Source: an uncultured Rhodospirillales bacterium (GTDB lineage Bacteria; Pseudomonadota; Alphaproteobacteria; Rhodospirillales; JAPHRK01). Taken from it: a DNA stretch of 64,000 nt. The position numbers were made by a program, and so were the translations under genes. Below, piece after piece: positions 27,593 through 37,863 of this stretch. How positions within the stretch are numbered: position 1 is the first letter of the stretch; every line of letters begins with the position of its first letter. The stretch covers positions 26,135 to 90,134 of the forward strand of contig CBDUMN010000002.1 in the NCBI GenBank assembly GCA_965368335.1. Reading direction: 5' to 3'. The notes beneath the pieces were generated by a model. That model did not search any database, was not told the origin of the DNA, and worked only from the letters and a program-made list of their open reading frames with translations.

Positions 27593-28056
27593 TTTTCCCT
27601 TTTGGACTTTCGCCATTCCCATGGCGAAATAAACTCGCCGCTCCACATTCCACGATGATCGCTCATGGCGCGAGCCTCTTGATCGACGTAATCCCCTGAG
27701 TATTTCCTGTATGCTAGCGCCCAGCCAGCGGAGACCATTTCCGCATTGAGGTTCATTTGCCCTACAAAGCAGATGCCAATAAGCCGATTATAGCGATCCT
27801 TTACGCCACCCTCGCAGTGGACATTATTATTCCCAATGAGTTTGCCTAGGTACGCCTTGGCATCCTTTCCACACAGGAACTGCTCACTATGTTTGGTCAT
27901 GCACTTCTGCTTAATTTCGGGGGCATCAATGCCGTGAAGGCGAATGCGTTGTTGATTGATGATAATCGTGTCGCCGTCGGTCACTTTGGCAGTGCCAGTG
28001 AGTTCAGCTGCATGAGCAAAGGAGGTCATAAAGAGAAACATCAGAAAATATTTCAT
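27589..28056 (-). CDS. Thermonuclease (SNase-fold) family nuclease with a signal peptide
   Basis: 155 aa. MKYFLMFLFMTSFAHA-AE looks like a signal peptide. DGDTIIINQQRIRLHGIDAPE is the SNase core. Confidence 0.85.
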   Translation of the reverse strand: MKYFLMFLFMTSFAHAAELTGTAKVTDGDTIIINQQRIRLHGIDAPEIKQKCMTKHSEQFLCGKDAKAYLGKLIGNNNVHCEGGVKDRYNRLIGICFVGQMNLNAEMVSAGWALAYRKYSGDYVDQEARAMSDHRGMWSGEFISPWEWRKSKREK

Positions 28057-28235
28057 GGACGCAACATTACCATCATTGCGACATTATCGCTAGAGACACC
28101 ACCCTTGCTGGTCGCCAATAGATTATAAAGACGGCGCGCCAATCGAAATAGGTCCTTTCCCGATTCGCTACTGACAGGGCCGCAACACTGAGGGCAATGG
28201 GCCCCTGATGATTTCCCCTGTGATATTTGTCTGCC

Positions 28236-28255
28236 GTTACCCCAAATGTTACCCC
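28236..28255 (+). promoter_or_regulatory. Two direct GTTACCCC octamers at the tRNA-proximal island end
   Basis: GTTACCCC at 28236..28243 and 28248..28255, ending 65 bp from the attachment repeat. The same octamer occurs at 14511..14556. Confidence 0.5.
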
Positions 28256-28260
28256 AAAAC

Positions 28261-28287
28261 AAAAAAAGCACCCCGCGATGGAGTGCT
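28261..28287 (-). terminator. Rho-independent terminator downstream of tRNA-Pro, encoded by island DNA
   Basis: On the minus strand the sequence reads agcactcc-atcgc-ggggtgct followed by a 6-T run (then g, then tttt). The stem is 8 bp and includes one G-U pair. It lies about 34 nt after the tRNA 3' end. Confidence 0.65.
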
Positions 28288-28320
28288 ATTTTTGTAAGCT
28301 ATTGTTTTTTAAGTTTAAAT

Positions 28321-28397
<77 letters not shown>

Positions 28398-28465
28398 ACC
28401 GTCGCGACGGAAAAATACCCCGTTGCAGGGGGGCACTATAGCGATAGGTTTTGATTTCGCAAGTA

Positions 28466-28855
28466 CTAGTTTGCGGCCCGCGCAAGGAAGTTTTTTAAGT
28501 CCTCCAACTCACCGATCACCGCAGAAATTTCCGCTTTCACGCGGTCGCCCCCTGCGGTTTCTATCGGAGCTTCGCTCCGTCGTGGGGCCGCAGCGCCCGA
28601 AACCTCATCGCTTAGCAGTTTCTGAACGCCTTTAATCGTATAGCCATCGCTATGAAGCAGCCTTTTGATCCGCTTCAGCAGCGCGATATCCTCTGGACGA
28701 TAGTATCGTCGCCCGCCGCCACGTTTCATAGGATTGATTTGAGAAAATTTGGTTTCCCAAAAGCGCAACACATGCTGCTGCAGATCCAACTCGTCGGCAA
28801 CCTCGCTGATTGTCCTAAAGGCCGCCGCCGACTTCCGCGGTTTCCGATCACTCAC
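28466..28855 (-). CDS. MerR-family transcriptional regulator
   Basis: 129 aa. [22 protein letters not shown]...RRYYRPEDI is a MerR-type HTH. It sits downstream of ihfA, a conserved position. Confidence 0.85.
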   Translation of the reverse strand: MSDRKPRKSAAAFRTISEVADELDLQQHVLRFWETKFSQINPMKRGGGRRYYRPEDIALLKRIKRLLHSDGYTIKGVQKLLSDEVSGAAAPRRSEAPIETAGGDRVKAEISAVIGELEDLKNFLARAAN

Positions 28856-28884
28856 CGTTGCTTCCCCCCGACCTTTGGATGCTT

Positions 28885-29187
28885 TTACCGGCTAAGAGCC
28901 TGATTAATCCGCTCTTTAAGCACCTGTGACGGGCGGAAAACCAGAACTTTACGGGGAAGAATAGGCACCTCCTCACCCGTCTTCGGGTTGCGCCCAATCC
29001 GTTGCCCTTTTTGGCGAACGGAAAAACTGCCAAAAGATGAAATCTTTACGGTTTCCCCATCCGACAAGGCGTCTGAAATATTGGAAAGGACCATTTCCAG
29101 CAATTCCGAGGATTCGTTTCTGGAAAGCCCGACCTCCTGATAGACGGCCTCGGCGAGCTGCGCTCTCGTAATCGTCGTTTCACTCAT
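28885..29187 (-). CDS. ihfA: Integration host factor subunit alpha
   Basis: 100 aa. [25 protein letters not shown] is the IHF/HU arm motif. Confidence 0.9.
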   Translation of the reverse strand: MSETTITRAQLAEAVYQEVGLSRNESSELLEMVLSNISDALSDGETVKISSFGSFSVRQKGQRIGRNPKTGEEVPILPRKVLVFRPSQVLKERINQALSR

Positions 29188-29311
29188 ACTGCTAGCCCCA
29201 ATTTATCCTTAATTATCAAAAGGATAAACTGAGAGGAGAATTCCGTCAATAAAAAGGAAACCGAAACTGGTCGATTCGGCAGTTTTTTTTCGCGCTGCTA
29301 AATTCGCTTTC

Positions 29312-30292
29312 TTACCAGCGAATCAAGCCTGCGCCCCAGGTAAAGCCGCCCCCCATGGCTTCCAAGAGCAATACGTCTCCATCTTTGATCCGCCCGTCTT
29401 TCATCGCCTGATCAAGGGCGAGAGGAATTGAGGCGGCAGACGTATTGGCGTGTTTATCAACGGTAACGACGAAACGCTCCGGACCGATCTTCAGCTTACG
29501 AGCTGTGCCGTCTAAAATCCGCTTGTTGGCTTGATGGGGAACCACAAGGGAAACATCGTCAGGGGTCAAATTATTAGCTTCAAGCGCCTCATAGACCACC
29601 GAAGCCAGATTGGTCACCGCATGGCGAAACACTTCCTTGCCCACCATACGGACATGGCCGACAGTCTTGGTCGACGACGGACCGCCATCGACATAAAGCA
29701 AATCTTTGTGCCGCCCATCCGAATGAAGATGAGTCGAAAGAACGCCATGGGGCGCGGCATCGTCCTCAGCGACTTGTTCGGCTTTAAGAACCACCGCTCC
29801 CGCGCCGTCACCGAAAAGCACACAAGTGGTCCGATCCTCCCAGTCGAGCAAACGGGAGAAGGTTTCAGCCCCAATCACCAAAGCGGCTCTGGCCTGACCG
29901 GCTTTTATAAAGTTATCCGCCGTCGCCAAAGCATAAATGAAGCCGGAGCAAACAGCCTGAACGTCGAATGCCGCGCCATGAGTCATTCCCAGGCGCATCT
30001 GAACGGTTGTCGCCGTTGCAGGAAAGGTGTTGTCCGGCGTGGTGGTCCCAAGAACGACCAAGTCGATCTCACTGGCGTCCATTCCTGCGTGCTGTAAAGC
30101 CCGCTCGGCGGCCGCCAAAGCCAAATCGGAAGTCATCTCGCCTTCCGCCGCCACATGCCGTTGTTTTATCCCGGTGCGCGCGACGATCCATTCATCGGAG
30201 GTATCGACGAAATCAGACAAAGCCTCATTGCTCAGAATTTTTTCCGGCAAATAAGAACCGCACCCGACAAGTCTTGAAATAATGCGCGGCAT
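29312..30292 (-). CDS. fabH: 3-oxoacyl-ACP synthase III
   Basis: 326 aa. [11 protein letters not shown] provides the active-site Cys, with HQAN and a GGGFTWGA tail. Confidence 0.92.
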   Translation of the reverse strand: MPRIISRLVGCGSYLPEKILSNEALSDFVDTSDEWIVARTGIKQRHVAAEGEMTSDLALAAAERALQHAGMDASEIDLVVLGTTTPDNTFPATATTVQMRLGMTHGAAFDVQAVCSGFIYALATADNFIKAGQARAALVIGAETFSRLLDWEDRTTCVLFGDGAGAVVLKAEQVAEDDAAPHGVLSTHLHSDGRHKDLLYVDGGPSSTKTVGHVRMVGKEVFRHAVTNLASVVYEALEANNLTPDDVSLVVPHQANKRILDGTARKLKIGPERFVVTVDKHANTSAASIPLALDQAMKDGRIKDGDVLLLEAMGGGFTWGAGLIRW

Positions 30293-31395
30293 TAAGCTTC
30301 CGCCGCCTGCTGAACGTCTTCCGAACCGACGTATTTGGCGACATCCCTTTTAATCCCCTCATTGATCCCCTGAGCGCTCAATTCGGCAGCCACGCCGATA
30401 GCGTTGGCGAAACCCAAGGCATCCGTACCGCCATGGCTTTTAACGCAGATACCGTTCAATCCAAGGAACATCGCGCCGTTATACCGGCGTGGGTCGACAC
30501 GCTCCTTGAACGCCCCCAAAGCGGGACTGGCGATCAAAGCGCCGATCTTGCCAAGCAGCGATCCAGTCAGGGCTTCTTTGAGGAAATGCCCTAACATTTT
30601 CGCCGTACCCTCGGCGGTCTTTAAGGCGACGTTGCCGGTAAAACCATCGGTGACCACCACATCGACCGTCCCTGCCCCGATATTGTCGCCTTCGACGAAA
30701 CCATGGAAACGAATGGGCAGATCGGTATCCTGAAGGAAGGCGGCGGCGGCCTGAACGGCTTCGTTTCCCTTAAGGTCCTCTTCACCAATATTGAGAAGGC
30801 CGATACTCGGCTTTTCAAGCCCCAACACGTTGGTTGCGAAAACCTCACCCATAACGGCGAACTGCACCAAGTTCTGCGCGTCGCAATCCACATTGGCGCC
30901 AAGGTCCAGCATAACAGTCTGACCAGAAATCGTCGGAATCACCGTAGCCATAGCAGGACGATCAATGCCGGGAAGCGTCTTCAGGACGAATTTCGCCATG
31001 GCCATCAAGGCTCCGGTGTTGCCCGCCGAGACGACCCCTGCGGCTTCACCGTCTTTGACAGCATTAATCGCCAACCGCATGCTCGACTGCCGCTTGTTGC
31101 GCAAGGCAACCGCGACTTTGTCGTCATTGAGAACCATCTCTTCGGTATGACGCAACTCGCAGCCGGACTGCAAACTTGAATGCCGGGCAAGCAAAGGCGC
31201 AACCTTCTCTTCGTCACCAAAGAGAAGGAAGTCGATATGCGGTAACCTCTGTCGAGCCAGATGAAGTCCGGCCACAACCATTTCAGGGGCGTCATCGCCC
31301 CCCATGGCATCAACAGAAATGGTCAGTCGCTGTGTCAAGAAGCCTCTTCCCCTGTCTGCTAAAAGACCAAAGGGTCCGGGGCGCGTGAAAATCAC
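30292..31395 (-). CDS. plsX: Phosphate acyltransferase PlsX (start uncertain)
   Basis: ISVDAMGGD and KSHGG motifs. The track start gives a ~22-aa N-terminal extension that may not be translated. Confidence 0.9.
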   Translation of the reverse strand: MIFTRPGPFGLLADRGRGFLTQRLTISVDAMGGDDAPEMVVAGLHLARQRLPHIDFLLFGDEEKVAPLLARHSSLQSGCELRHTEEMVLNDDKVAVALRNKRQSSMRLAINAVKDGEAAGVVSAGNTGALMAMAKFVLKTLPGIDRPAMATVIPTISGQTVMLDLGANVDCDAQNLVQFAVMGEVFATNVLGLEKPSIGLLNIGEEDLKGNEAVQAAAAFLQDTDLPIRFHGFVEGDNIGAGTVDVVVTDGFTGNVALKTAEGTAKMLGHFLKEALTGSLLGKIGALIASPALGAFKERVDPRRYNGAMFLGLNGICVKSHGGTDALGFANAIGVAAELSAQGINEGIKRDVAKYVGSEDVQQAAEA

Positions 31396-31577
31396 GCGGC
31401 GCCGGCGGCTTCCGTCACCTCACGGCCATCATAATAGCCGCAGGCGCTACAGACGTGGTGCGGCAGTTTCTGCTCACCGCACTCGGGGCACTCCATGCCG
31501 GTCGTCTTTTTCAGCGCATCATGCGAACGCCGTTGACCACGGCGGGATTTTGAAATTTTCTTCTTCGGAACAGCCAT
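31392..31577 (-). CDS. rpmF: 50S ribosomal protein L32
   Basis: [19 protein letters not shown]...CPECGE...CSACG. The ATG at 31577 was chosen. Confidence 0.9.
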   Translation of the reverse strand: MAVPKKKISKSRRGQRRSHDALKKTTGMECPECGEQKLPHHVCSACGYYDGREVTEAAGAA

Positions 31578-31658
31578 TTCGATACTCGCGAACAATAGCC
31601 CAAACACAAGGGGCGATTACTTATACAAAAACCGGCGAAGGAGCAAGCGATATACGCC

Positions 31659-32189
31659 CTACTCCTTCATTTTATCCTTTAAAGCGGCCAATGCGGCAAA
31701 CGGTCCCGCATCTTCCGCTTCGCTCTCGTCACTCCCCACCTGGTATCCGTCAAACTGAGCCTCAGGCGATTTTGGAAACGGGTCGAGAGCGATCCCGAAT
31801 TCTTCAGCCAAGGCCTCTGCGGCGTCTATTCGCCCTTCATCCAAGGGCTCAGGCGGGTCCTCCTCGTCCATTTCGACGAGGACTTCGACATCTTCTTCCC
31901 CAGGGGGAGGCGGACCGTACCGGCGTGAGACGCATCCTTTAACCGAGCAGCCGAAAGGTTGCAAGGAAATCACACATATTTGGACGATTTCCGCTTCATA
32001 TTTTCCCTCAAGGACAAAGTTTTCCCCTTTGGGCAACGGTGTGACCGACACTTCTCCACTGAACGACTTCACGTCCTCCAGCCCAAATCGTTCCGCCAGA
32101 TCGTTCCGTTCGGCCTCGTCAGCCTCGATTCTCAAAAACTTTCCCTTAGGCGGGATCGCTGCGACATCCAAATATCGGTGAAACATCAA
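31659..32189 (-). CDS. YceD/DUF177 family protein
   Basis: 176 aa with an acidic C-terminal half. It holds the conserved position upstream of rpmF-plsX. Confidence 0.75.
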   Translation of the reverse strand: MMFHRYLDVAAIPPKGKFLRIEADEAERNDLAERFGLEDVKSFSGEVSVTPLPKGENFVLEGKYEAEIVQICVISLQPFGCSVKGCVSRRYGPPPPGEEDVEVLVEMDEEDPPEPLDEGRIDAAEALAEEFGIALDPFPKSPEAQFDGYQVGSDESEAEDAGPFAALAALKDKMKE

Positions 32190-32200
32190 ACAACAGTTCC

Positions 32201-32752
32201 TTAACCGGTTAACACCGGAGGTTCGGCAAAAAGCGCACCGCCCTTAACAAGCACCTCCATGGGAAGACCGGCCAAATGTGCATCGCACCGTAACATATAA
32301 TCCGCCATGGCCTTCAAGGCGCCATCCGTAGGGTCTTTGGTATTGAACAGGTTGCGACGCAGCGCGGCTTCCAGTTCTTTTTCATCCCCGGCCTCCAACG
32401 CCTGCTCATAGGCATCGACGCGGCCGTAAAAACCTTCCGCCATCTTCTTAATACGCCGCGCCAGACCGATATCGCCCACACCGACCTCCCGGAGGTTGAG
32501 ATCGACATTTTCGAACATCACGTCAAACGTCGCCTGGGCGAGTTCGCCGGTGCTCTCCCCTTCTCTTTTTAAGCGCCGGAGCACTAAAAAAGCATGCAAG
32601 GTCAATAACTCGAACCGCCCCTCAACCGTGTCCTCGGCCTCGAAAGATTCGTAAAACAGGGGAGTTCTAGTCCGTTCGACAATAGTTGCAAACAAAGCTT
32701 CAGCGTTGTTGCGGGTTGCTTTGCGCCCAAACAGGCTCTTAAACATCGGCAT
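32201..32752 (-). CDS. Ubiquinol-cytochrome c chaperone (Cbp3-like) family protein
   Basis: 183 aa. The pattern and the position next to DUF177 and bamE resemble the alphaproteobacterial family as I recall it. Confidence 0.65.
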   Translation of the reverse strand: MPMFKSLFGRKATRNNAEALFATIVERTRTPLFYESFEAEDTVEGRFELLTLHAFLVLRRLKREGESTGELAQATFDVMFENVDLNLREVGVGDIGLARRIKKMAEGFYGRVDAYEQALEAGDEKELEAALRRNLFNTKDPTDGALKAMADYMLRCDAHLAGLPMEVLVKGGALFAEPPVLTG

Positions 32753-32856
32753 TGACCGGTTCTACTCAAATTTTAAAACATGATGCGAGGCAAAACGCCC
32801 TGCTGTATAACAAGTTAACGAAATGATCTCCATCGTCTTTAACAAAGATTGATTTG

Positions 32857-33327
32857 ATGAAACGTAGCAAGCAACTCGGCATCCGCACTTCCATGATCGG
32901 CCTTGGAGTCGGCCTTATCGCTCTGATGGCGACATCCTGCGCACCCCGAATTGAAACGCGGGGAAATCCGCTCGATCCGGACATTCTCACGGATATCGAA
33001 CCCGGTGAAATGGCCAAAGACGAGGTTTCCGAGATCCTCGGCGCACCTTCAACCACCTCCCTATTCAATGAAGGTAAGATCGAAACCTGGTACTACATCA
33101 GTGAACGAACTGAAGCCGTTGCTTTTTTTGCCCCCGAAGTCAAAAAAAGAAAAGTCGTCGCCATTAGCTTCAACGAAGCAGACGTCATTCAAAGAATCGA
33201 CAACATTGGTTTGGAAGATGGCAAGTTGGTTGAGCATATCGAGCGCAAGACGCCGACACACGGCAACGAAATGAATATCCTTGACCAAATTCTCGGTAAC
33301 CTGGGACGCTTCAACAAGTCCGAGTAA
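32857..33327 (+). CDS. bamE: Outer-membrane assembly lipoprotein BamE (SmpA/OmlA)
   Basis: Lipobox-like LMATSC, and GEMAKDEVSEILGAPS typical of BamE. ATG at 32857. Confidence 0.75.
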   Translation: MKRSKQLGIRTSMIGLGVGLIALMATSCAPRIETRGNPLDPDILTDIEPGEMAKDEVSEILGAPSTTSLFNEGKIETWYYISERTEAVAFFAPEVKKRKVVAISFNEADVIQRIDNIGLEDGKLVEHIERKTPTHGNEMNILDQILGNLGRFNKSE

Positions 33328-33354
33328 CCTCTCCCGAACGTCACTCAAAAAAAT

Positions 33355-33421
33355 GAGGCACGAACATCGTAGCAAATGTTCGTGCCTCTTAATGTATAAG
33401 CCCCGGCCAAGCGGCCGGGGC
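33355..33421 (+). terminator. Two tandem hairpins after bamE, the second a canonical intrinsic terminator
   Basis: 13-bp stem at 33355..33388. A GC stem (gccccggcc-aagc-ggccggggc) at 33400..33421 is followed by ttttctt. Confidence 0.65.
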
Positions 33422-33437
33422 TTTTCTTATTGTGTTG

Positions 33438-33463
33438 GGTTCCGGGCCGTTCGGCCCGGAACC
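33438..33463 (-). terminator. GC hairpin just after the hppA stop
   Basis: ggttccgggcc-gttc-ggcccggaacc, an 11-bp stem. There is no clear U-tail on the minus strand. Confidence 0.4.
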
Positions 33464-33473
33464 GTAAGGCTGT

Positions 33474-35561
33474 TTACAGCAGAGCCAGCAGCAAGATCGC
33501 AACAATGTTGGTGATCTTGATCAGCGGGTTGACTGCAGGACCAGAGGTGTCCTTGTAGGGATCACCAACGGTGTCGCCGGTAACCGCAGCTTTATGGGCC
33601 TCGGAACCTTTACCACCGTGCGCGCCATCTTCGATGTACTTCTTGGCGTTATCCCATGCGCCGCCACCGACGGTCATGGAAATTGCAACGAAGAGGCCGG
33701 TAACGATGGTGCCCAGCAGCATGGCGCCGACAGCGCTGAATGCAGCAGATTGACCAGCAAAGGCGTTCACAGCGAAGTAGAGAACGACCGGAGCAAAGAT
33801 CGGCAGCAAGGACGGAATAATCATTTCCTTGATCGCCGCCTTGGTCAGCAGGTCAACGCAAGCCGCATAGTCAGGCTTGGCTTTACCTTCCATGATCCCT
33901 GGGATTTCTTTGAACTGACGACGAACCTCGAGCACGACGGAACCACCGGCGCGGCCAACGGCCATCATGGTCATGCCACCGAACAGGTAAGGCAGAAGGC
34001 CACCAAGGAATAGACCGATAATCACATACGGATCGGACAGCGTGAAGGTCACGTTAACGTCCGGGAAGTAGTGCCTCAGGTCTTCGGTATAAGCGGCAAA
34101 CAGCACCAGAGCAGCCAGACCGGCGGAACCGATGGCATAACCCTTGGTAACAGCTTTGGTGGTGTTACCCACGGCGTCCAGGGTATCGGTGAGGTTGCGA
34201 ACTTCTTCCGGAAGCTCGGACATTTCAGCAATACCACCAGCGTTATCGGTCACCGGACCAAAGGCGTCCAGAGCAACAATCGTACCAGCCAGAGCCAGCA
34301 TGGTGGTTGCAGCCATTGCGATACCATAGAGACCGGCGGTCTGGAAGGTCACGATAATGGCGATACAGATAACGATAACCGGCAATGCAGTGGCTTCCAG
34401 GGATACAGCAAGACCCTGGATAACGTTGGTGCCGTGGCCCGTGGTGGAGGCTTCCGCAACAGACTTAACCGGACGATAGTCGGTACCGGTATAGTACTCG
34501 GTGATCCAAACCATAGCGCCAGTGACGACCAGACCGGACAGGGCGCAAATAAACAGGCCCGTACCGGTGAAGGTAACGCCGTTAGTCGTTGTGAAGCTGC
34601 CATCGAAGCCCATGGTCATGGCGATGGTGGCGCCAATCAGAACAGCAGAAAGCACACAAGTAACGACCAGACCTTTGTAAAGCGCGCCCATAACGTTGTT
34701 GTTGGCGCCCAACTTTACGAAGAAGGTGCCGACAACCGAAGCGGCAATACAAACGCCCGAAACCAGCAGCGGGAAGAGCATCAGCTCTTCCTGAGCGGCG
34801 CCAGTGAAGAAGATACCAGCCAGAAGCATGGTAGCCACAACGGTCACCGCGTAGGTTTCAAACAAGTCAGCGGCCATACCGGCACAGTCACCCACATTGT
34901 CGCCAACGTTGTCGGCGATGGTTGCCGGGTTGCGGGGGTCGTCTTCGGGAATACCGGCTTCGACCTTACCAACCAAGTCGCCGCCAACGTCAGCACCTTT
35001 AGTAAAGATACCGCCACCAAGCCGGGCGAAAATGGAAATCAGGGAAGCACCGAAGCTGAGAGCAACCAAGGCTTCAAGGATGTGACGGATGCCTTCGGCG
35101 CTCGAAGAATCGACAATACCGCGCATAAAGAAGTAATAACCGGCAACACCCAAAAGACCCAAGCCAACGACCAGGAGACCGGTGATAGCGCCCGATTTGA
35201 ACGCAACATCCATAGCCGGGCCAAGACCTTGGCTACGGGCTGCTTCAGCCGTGCGGACGTTGGCGCGAACCGAAACGTGCATGCCGATGAAGCCGGTGAC
35301 ACCGGAAAGGATAGCGCCGATGGCGAAGCCAATGGCGACGGTTACGCCGAGACGCAGACCGAGAAGAACACAGACGACCGCGCCGACAATGGCAATGGTC
35401 GTGTACTGACGCTTAAGATAAGCAGCAGCACCTTCCTGCACCGCTCCGGCGATTTCCTGCATCCGCTCGGTGCCCGCAGGTGCGGACAACACGGAACGAA
35501 TGGCATAACCACCGTAAGCGAGAGAAAGGATGCCACACAGAATAACAATGACACCTGTCAT
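33474..35561 (-). CDS. hppA: Membrane-bound proton-translocating pyrophosphatase
   Basis: Polytopic protein with H+-PPase motifs ([42 protein letters not shown]). The ATG at 35561 (MTGVIVIL) is preferred over the 53-aa track extension. Confidence 0.93.
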   Translation of the reverse strand: MTGVIVILCGILSLAYGGYAIRSVLSAPAGTERMQEIAGAVQEGAAAYLKRQYTTIAIVGAVVCVLLGLRLGVTVAIGFAIGAILSGVTGFIGMHVSVRANVRTAEAARSQGLGPAMDVAFKSGAITGLLVVGLGLLGVAGYYFFMRGIVDSSSAEGIRHILEALVALSFGASLISIFARLGGGIFTKGADVGGDLVGKVEAGIPEDDPRNPATIADNVGDNVGDCAGMAADLFETYAVTVVATMLLAGIFFTGAAQEELMLFPLLVSGVCIAASVVGTFFVKLGANNNVMGALYKGLVVTCVLSAVLIGATIAMTMGFDGSFTTTNGVTFTGTGLFICALSGLVVTGAMVWITEYYTGTDYRPVKSVAEASTTGHGTNVIQGLAVSLEATALPVIVICIAIIVTFQTAGLYGIAMAATTMLALAGTIVALDAFGPVTDNAGGIAEMSELPEEVRNLTDTLDAVGNTTKAVTKGYAIGSAGLAALVLFAAYTEDLRHYFPDVNVTFTLSDPYVIIGLFLGGLLPYLFGGMTMMAVGRAGGSVVLEVRRQFKEIPGIMEGKAKPDYAACVDLLTKAAIKEMIIPSLLPIFAPVVLYFAVNAFAGQSAAFSAVGAMLLGTIVTGLFVAISMTVGGGAWDNAKKYIEDGAHGGKGSEAHKAAVTGDTVGDPYKDTSGPAVNPLIKITNIVAILLLALL

Positions 35562-35912
35562 AGGACTTAACCCTTTTTCCCTTGGTTTACTCCCCCCCCC
35601 AGGAATATGCCCGTAAAGACAGTCAGAATCCCCGCCCTGGGAGGCAAAAATCGGACGGAAAATGCCAGAACCCGACCAATAAAGCAACAAATGGTTTTGA
35701 CAGGCGTAATTTGACAAAACTTAAAATCAACAACACACTGTAATTGTTGAATAAATCTGAAGCATTTCAAATCATTCAAATTGCTCTTTTTTGGGTGGTT
35801 TACCCCCCGCCCGAAAGGAGAGGGAAAAATTCAGAGCGTATTTAGGATTGGTAGGACCAGTCAAATTAGATAAAAATAAAATATTAACAAACGAATATTT
35901 CTATTTTCTCTG

Positions 35913-36362
35913 TTATCTGGGCGTATCCATTATTGACTGAATCAAAATATTATCGACAAGCCCCTGTCCAACTGCCCTATCTGCCACAGTAATCATATGT
36001 CTTTTTACTTTAATCAGATTAAGCTTCTTGTAGCGATGCAGTTGGCGGGGAATATAGGTGTAGAGATCGCGGAGCAAAGCATCGTGAATTTTCGGCAATA
36101 GCCGATTCACTTCTTCTTCGTTTTCTTTTTTAATTTCCAGCTTAACCGAAATTTGGATGGTGCTGATAACCCTATCACCTTGAAAAATCGGGATTAGCAA
36201 GGCTTCAACATCGATAAAAGCAGGAGGCTCCTCTGGCTCCTCCTGCGCTGTCTTTTCGCCTTCCGGAACGGCAAATGGGCCAATTTCCATATACTGGAGT
36301 ACGCCGAAAGTCGATCCGCCGATAATGACGAGGATCAGCAAAAGAACAATCAACTTCTTCAT
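35913..36362 (-). CDS. FliL-like flagellar basal-body-associated protein
   Basis: 149 aa with a single N-terminal TM helix and a C-terminal region resembling FliL (LIPIFQGDRVISTIQISVKLE...IHDALLRDL). Confidence 0.55.
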   Translation of the reverse strand: MKKLIVLLLILVIIGGSTFGVLQYMEIGPFAVPEGEKTAQEEPEEPPAFIDVEALLIPIFQGDRVISTIQISVKLEIKKENEEEVNRLLPKIHDALLRDLYTYIPRQLHRYKKLNLIKVKRHMITVADRAVGQGLVDNILIQSIMDTPR

Positions 36363-36389
36363 CGGTCGTTAGAGCCCCAACGTTTAAGA

Positions 36390-37364
36390 TTAAAAATGCT
36401 GGTATCCGGTTTTATCTAAGTCGAGCCGGATATTCCCATCTTTGAATATCACCTCTCGGCTTTCTTTGGCAGTGCCAATTCGGGATATCGGCGTTTCAAA
36501 AGACAAACGAACGGCTTCCAGATCATTGATTTTATTGGCAGGAACACTGAACAGCAGTTCATAGTCATCGCCGCCGGTTAATATTTCTTCATAAGTCAAG
36601 TGATGCTCAGCAAGCAACTTTGCAACCGCCGAAGACAGTGGGACGGCCTTCGAATCGACGACGCCCCCCACACCGGATGCTTCGCAAAGATGGCCCAAAT
36701 CGGCCGCAAGTCCATCGGAAACATCAATCATGGCGGAAGCGATACCTCTCACCATATCCCCAATTTCAAGTTGCGGGGATGGCTTGCGATACCTCTCCGT
36801 CAAATAATCCTTATCGGATGCCGGGAGATGATCATACCCCCCTTGTAGAAGTCTCAGCCCCGCATAAGCATCGCCAATAACACCCGTTACGAACAAGGCG
36901 TCGCCCGGCTTTGCGCCTGATCGTTTGATGGCCGTCCCTTCCGGAACCTCCCCAAACGCCGTCAGTGTCAAAGTCATGGCCCCATCGGTCGAAACGGTAT
37001 CTCCGCCAACCAGAACGCCGCCAAAACGAGCCTGACACCCTTTAATCCCCTCGGCAAACCTCCTAACCCATTCTTCATCAAGGGTTCGCGGAAAAGCGGC
37101 AGCTATGGTGAAAAAACGGGGCGTCGCCCCCATGGAAGCAAGATCGGAAAAGTTGACGCCAATTAACTTGGCCGCCAGGGTTTCAGGCGGGTCATCGGGA
37201 AGAAAATGAACACCGGAGACCAAGCAATCCGTGGTCACCACCGTCTCCCGCCCCTGCCCGAAACGCAGGACGGCGGCATCGTCTTTCAGGTTCAGACTCC
37301 CCGGTTCGGCCGCAGCAAGCGGAGCGAAATAGGTTTCAATGAGATCGAACTCACCCTTGCTCAT
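36390..37364 (-). CDS. thiL: Thiamine-monophosphate kinase
   Basis: The GEFDLIETYFAPL start and the AIR-synthase-like fold motifs (DDAAVL, GGDT, GDDYELLF). Confidence 0.88.
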   Translation of the reverse strand: MSKGEFDLIETYFAPLAAAEPGSLNLKDDAAVLRFGQGRETVVTTDCLVSGVHFLPDDPPETLAAKLIGVNFSDLASMGATPRFFTIAAAFPRTLDEEWVRRFAEGIKGCQARFGGVLVGGDTVSTDGAMTLTLTAFGEVPEGTAIKRSGAKPGDALFVTGVIGDAYAGLRLLQGGYDHLPASDKDYLTERYRKPSPQLEIGDMVRGIASAMIDVSDGLAADLGHLCEASGVGGVVDSKAVPLSSAVAKLLAEHHLTYEEILTGGDDYELLFSVPANKINDLEAVRLSFETPISRIGTAKESREVIFKDGNIRLDLDKTGYQHF

Positions 37365-37863
37365 GGCCGCCCTGGCCTTCGGCCGCGCCCATCTCACCCT
37401 CTCTCAGCACATGAGCCATTTTATCCAACACGCCATTGACCATGGAAACTTCGCCGGAATCGTAAAAGGCTTTCGCAACCTCCATATATTCGTTGATCAC
37501 GACGCGAGGAGGAACATCAACCAGGCTCTTGAGCTCATAAAGTCCGGCAAACAGAATAACCCGCAGCACCACTTCGAGACGTTCAGTCGACCAATCACCG
37601 GTCAAAGCCTCATCGAGAATGCCGCTTAAGGTCGACTTATCGGCGCTAACCCCCCGGACAACCTGAAGAAACAGCGCTTTATCCGGTTCGGCAAGCTTCT
37701 CGCCTTCGTTATTTTCCCATCGATGTCGCACAAACTCGAGCAACACCGCATCGAGCGGCGCGTTGCTCATTTCGAGTTCATACAAAGCCTGAACGGCTGC
37801 CAAGCGGGCGGCGCTCCGGTTGACCCGGGTCACGCCCTTCTCTGATTTTTTCTGATCGCTCAT
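37351..37863 (-). CDS. nusB: Transcription antitermination factor NusB
   Basis: 170 aa. RSAARLAAVQALYELE is typical. It follows ribH. Confidence 0.9.
   Translation of the reverse strand: MSDQKKSEKGVTRVNRSAARLAAVQALYELEMSNAPLDAVLLEFVRHRWENNEGEKLAEPDKALFLQVVRGVSADKSTLSGILDEALTGDWSTERLEVVLRVILFAGLYELKSLVDVPPRVVINEYMEVAKAFYDSGEVSMVNGVLDKMAHVLREGEMGAAEGQGGHEQG

Noticed and set aside
34071-35570. A 499-aa ORF on the plus strand, antisense to hppA
   Set aside because: It is entirely antisense to a very well-supported membrane pyrophosphatase gene. The translation is low-complexity (G, N, T, H and R rich) with no recognisable domain. Long stop-free antisense frames like this are a known artefact of biased codon usage.
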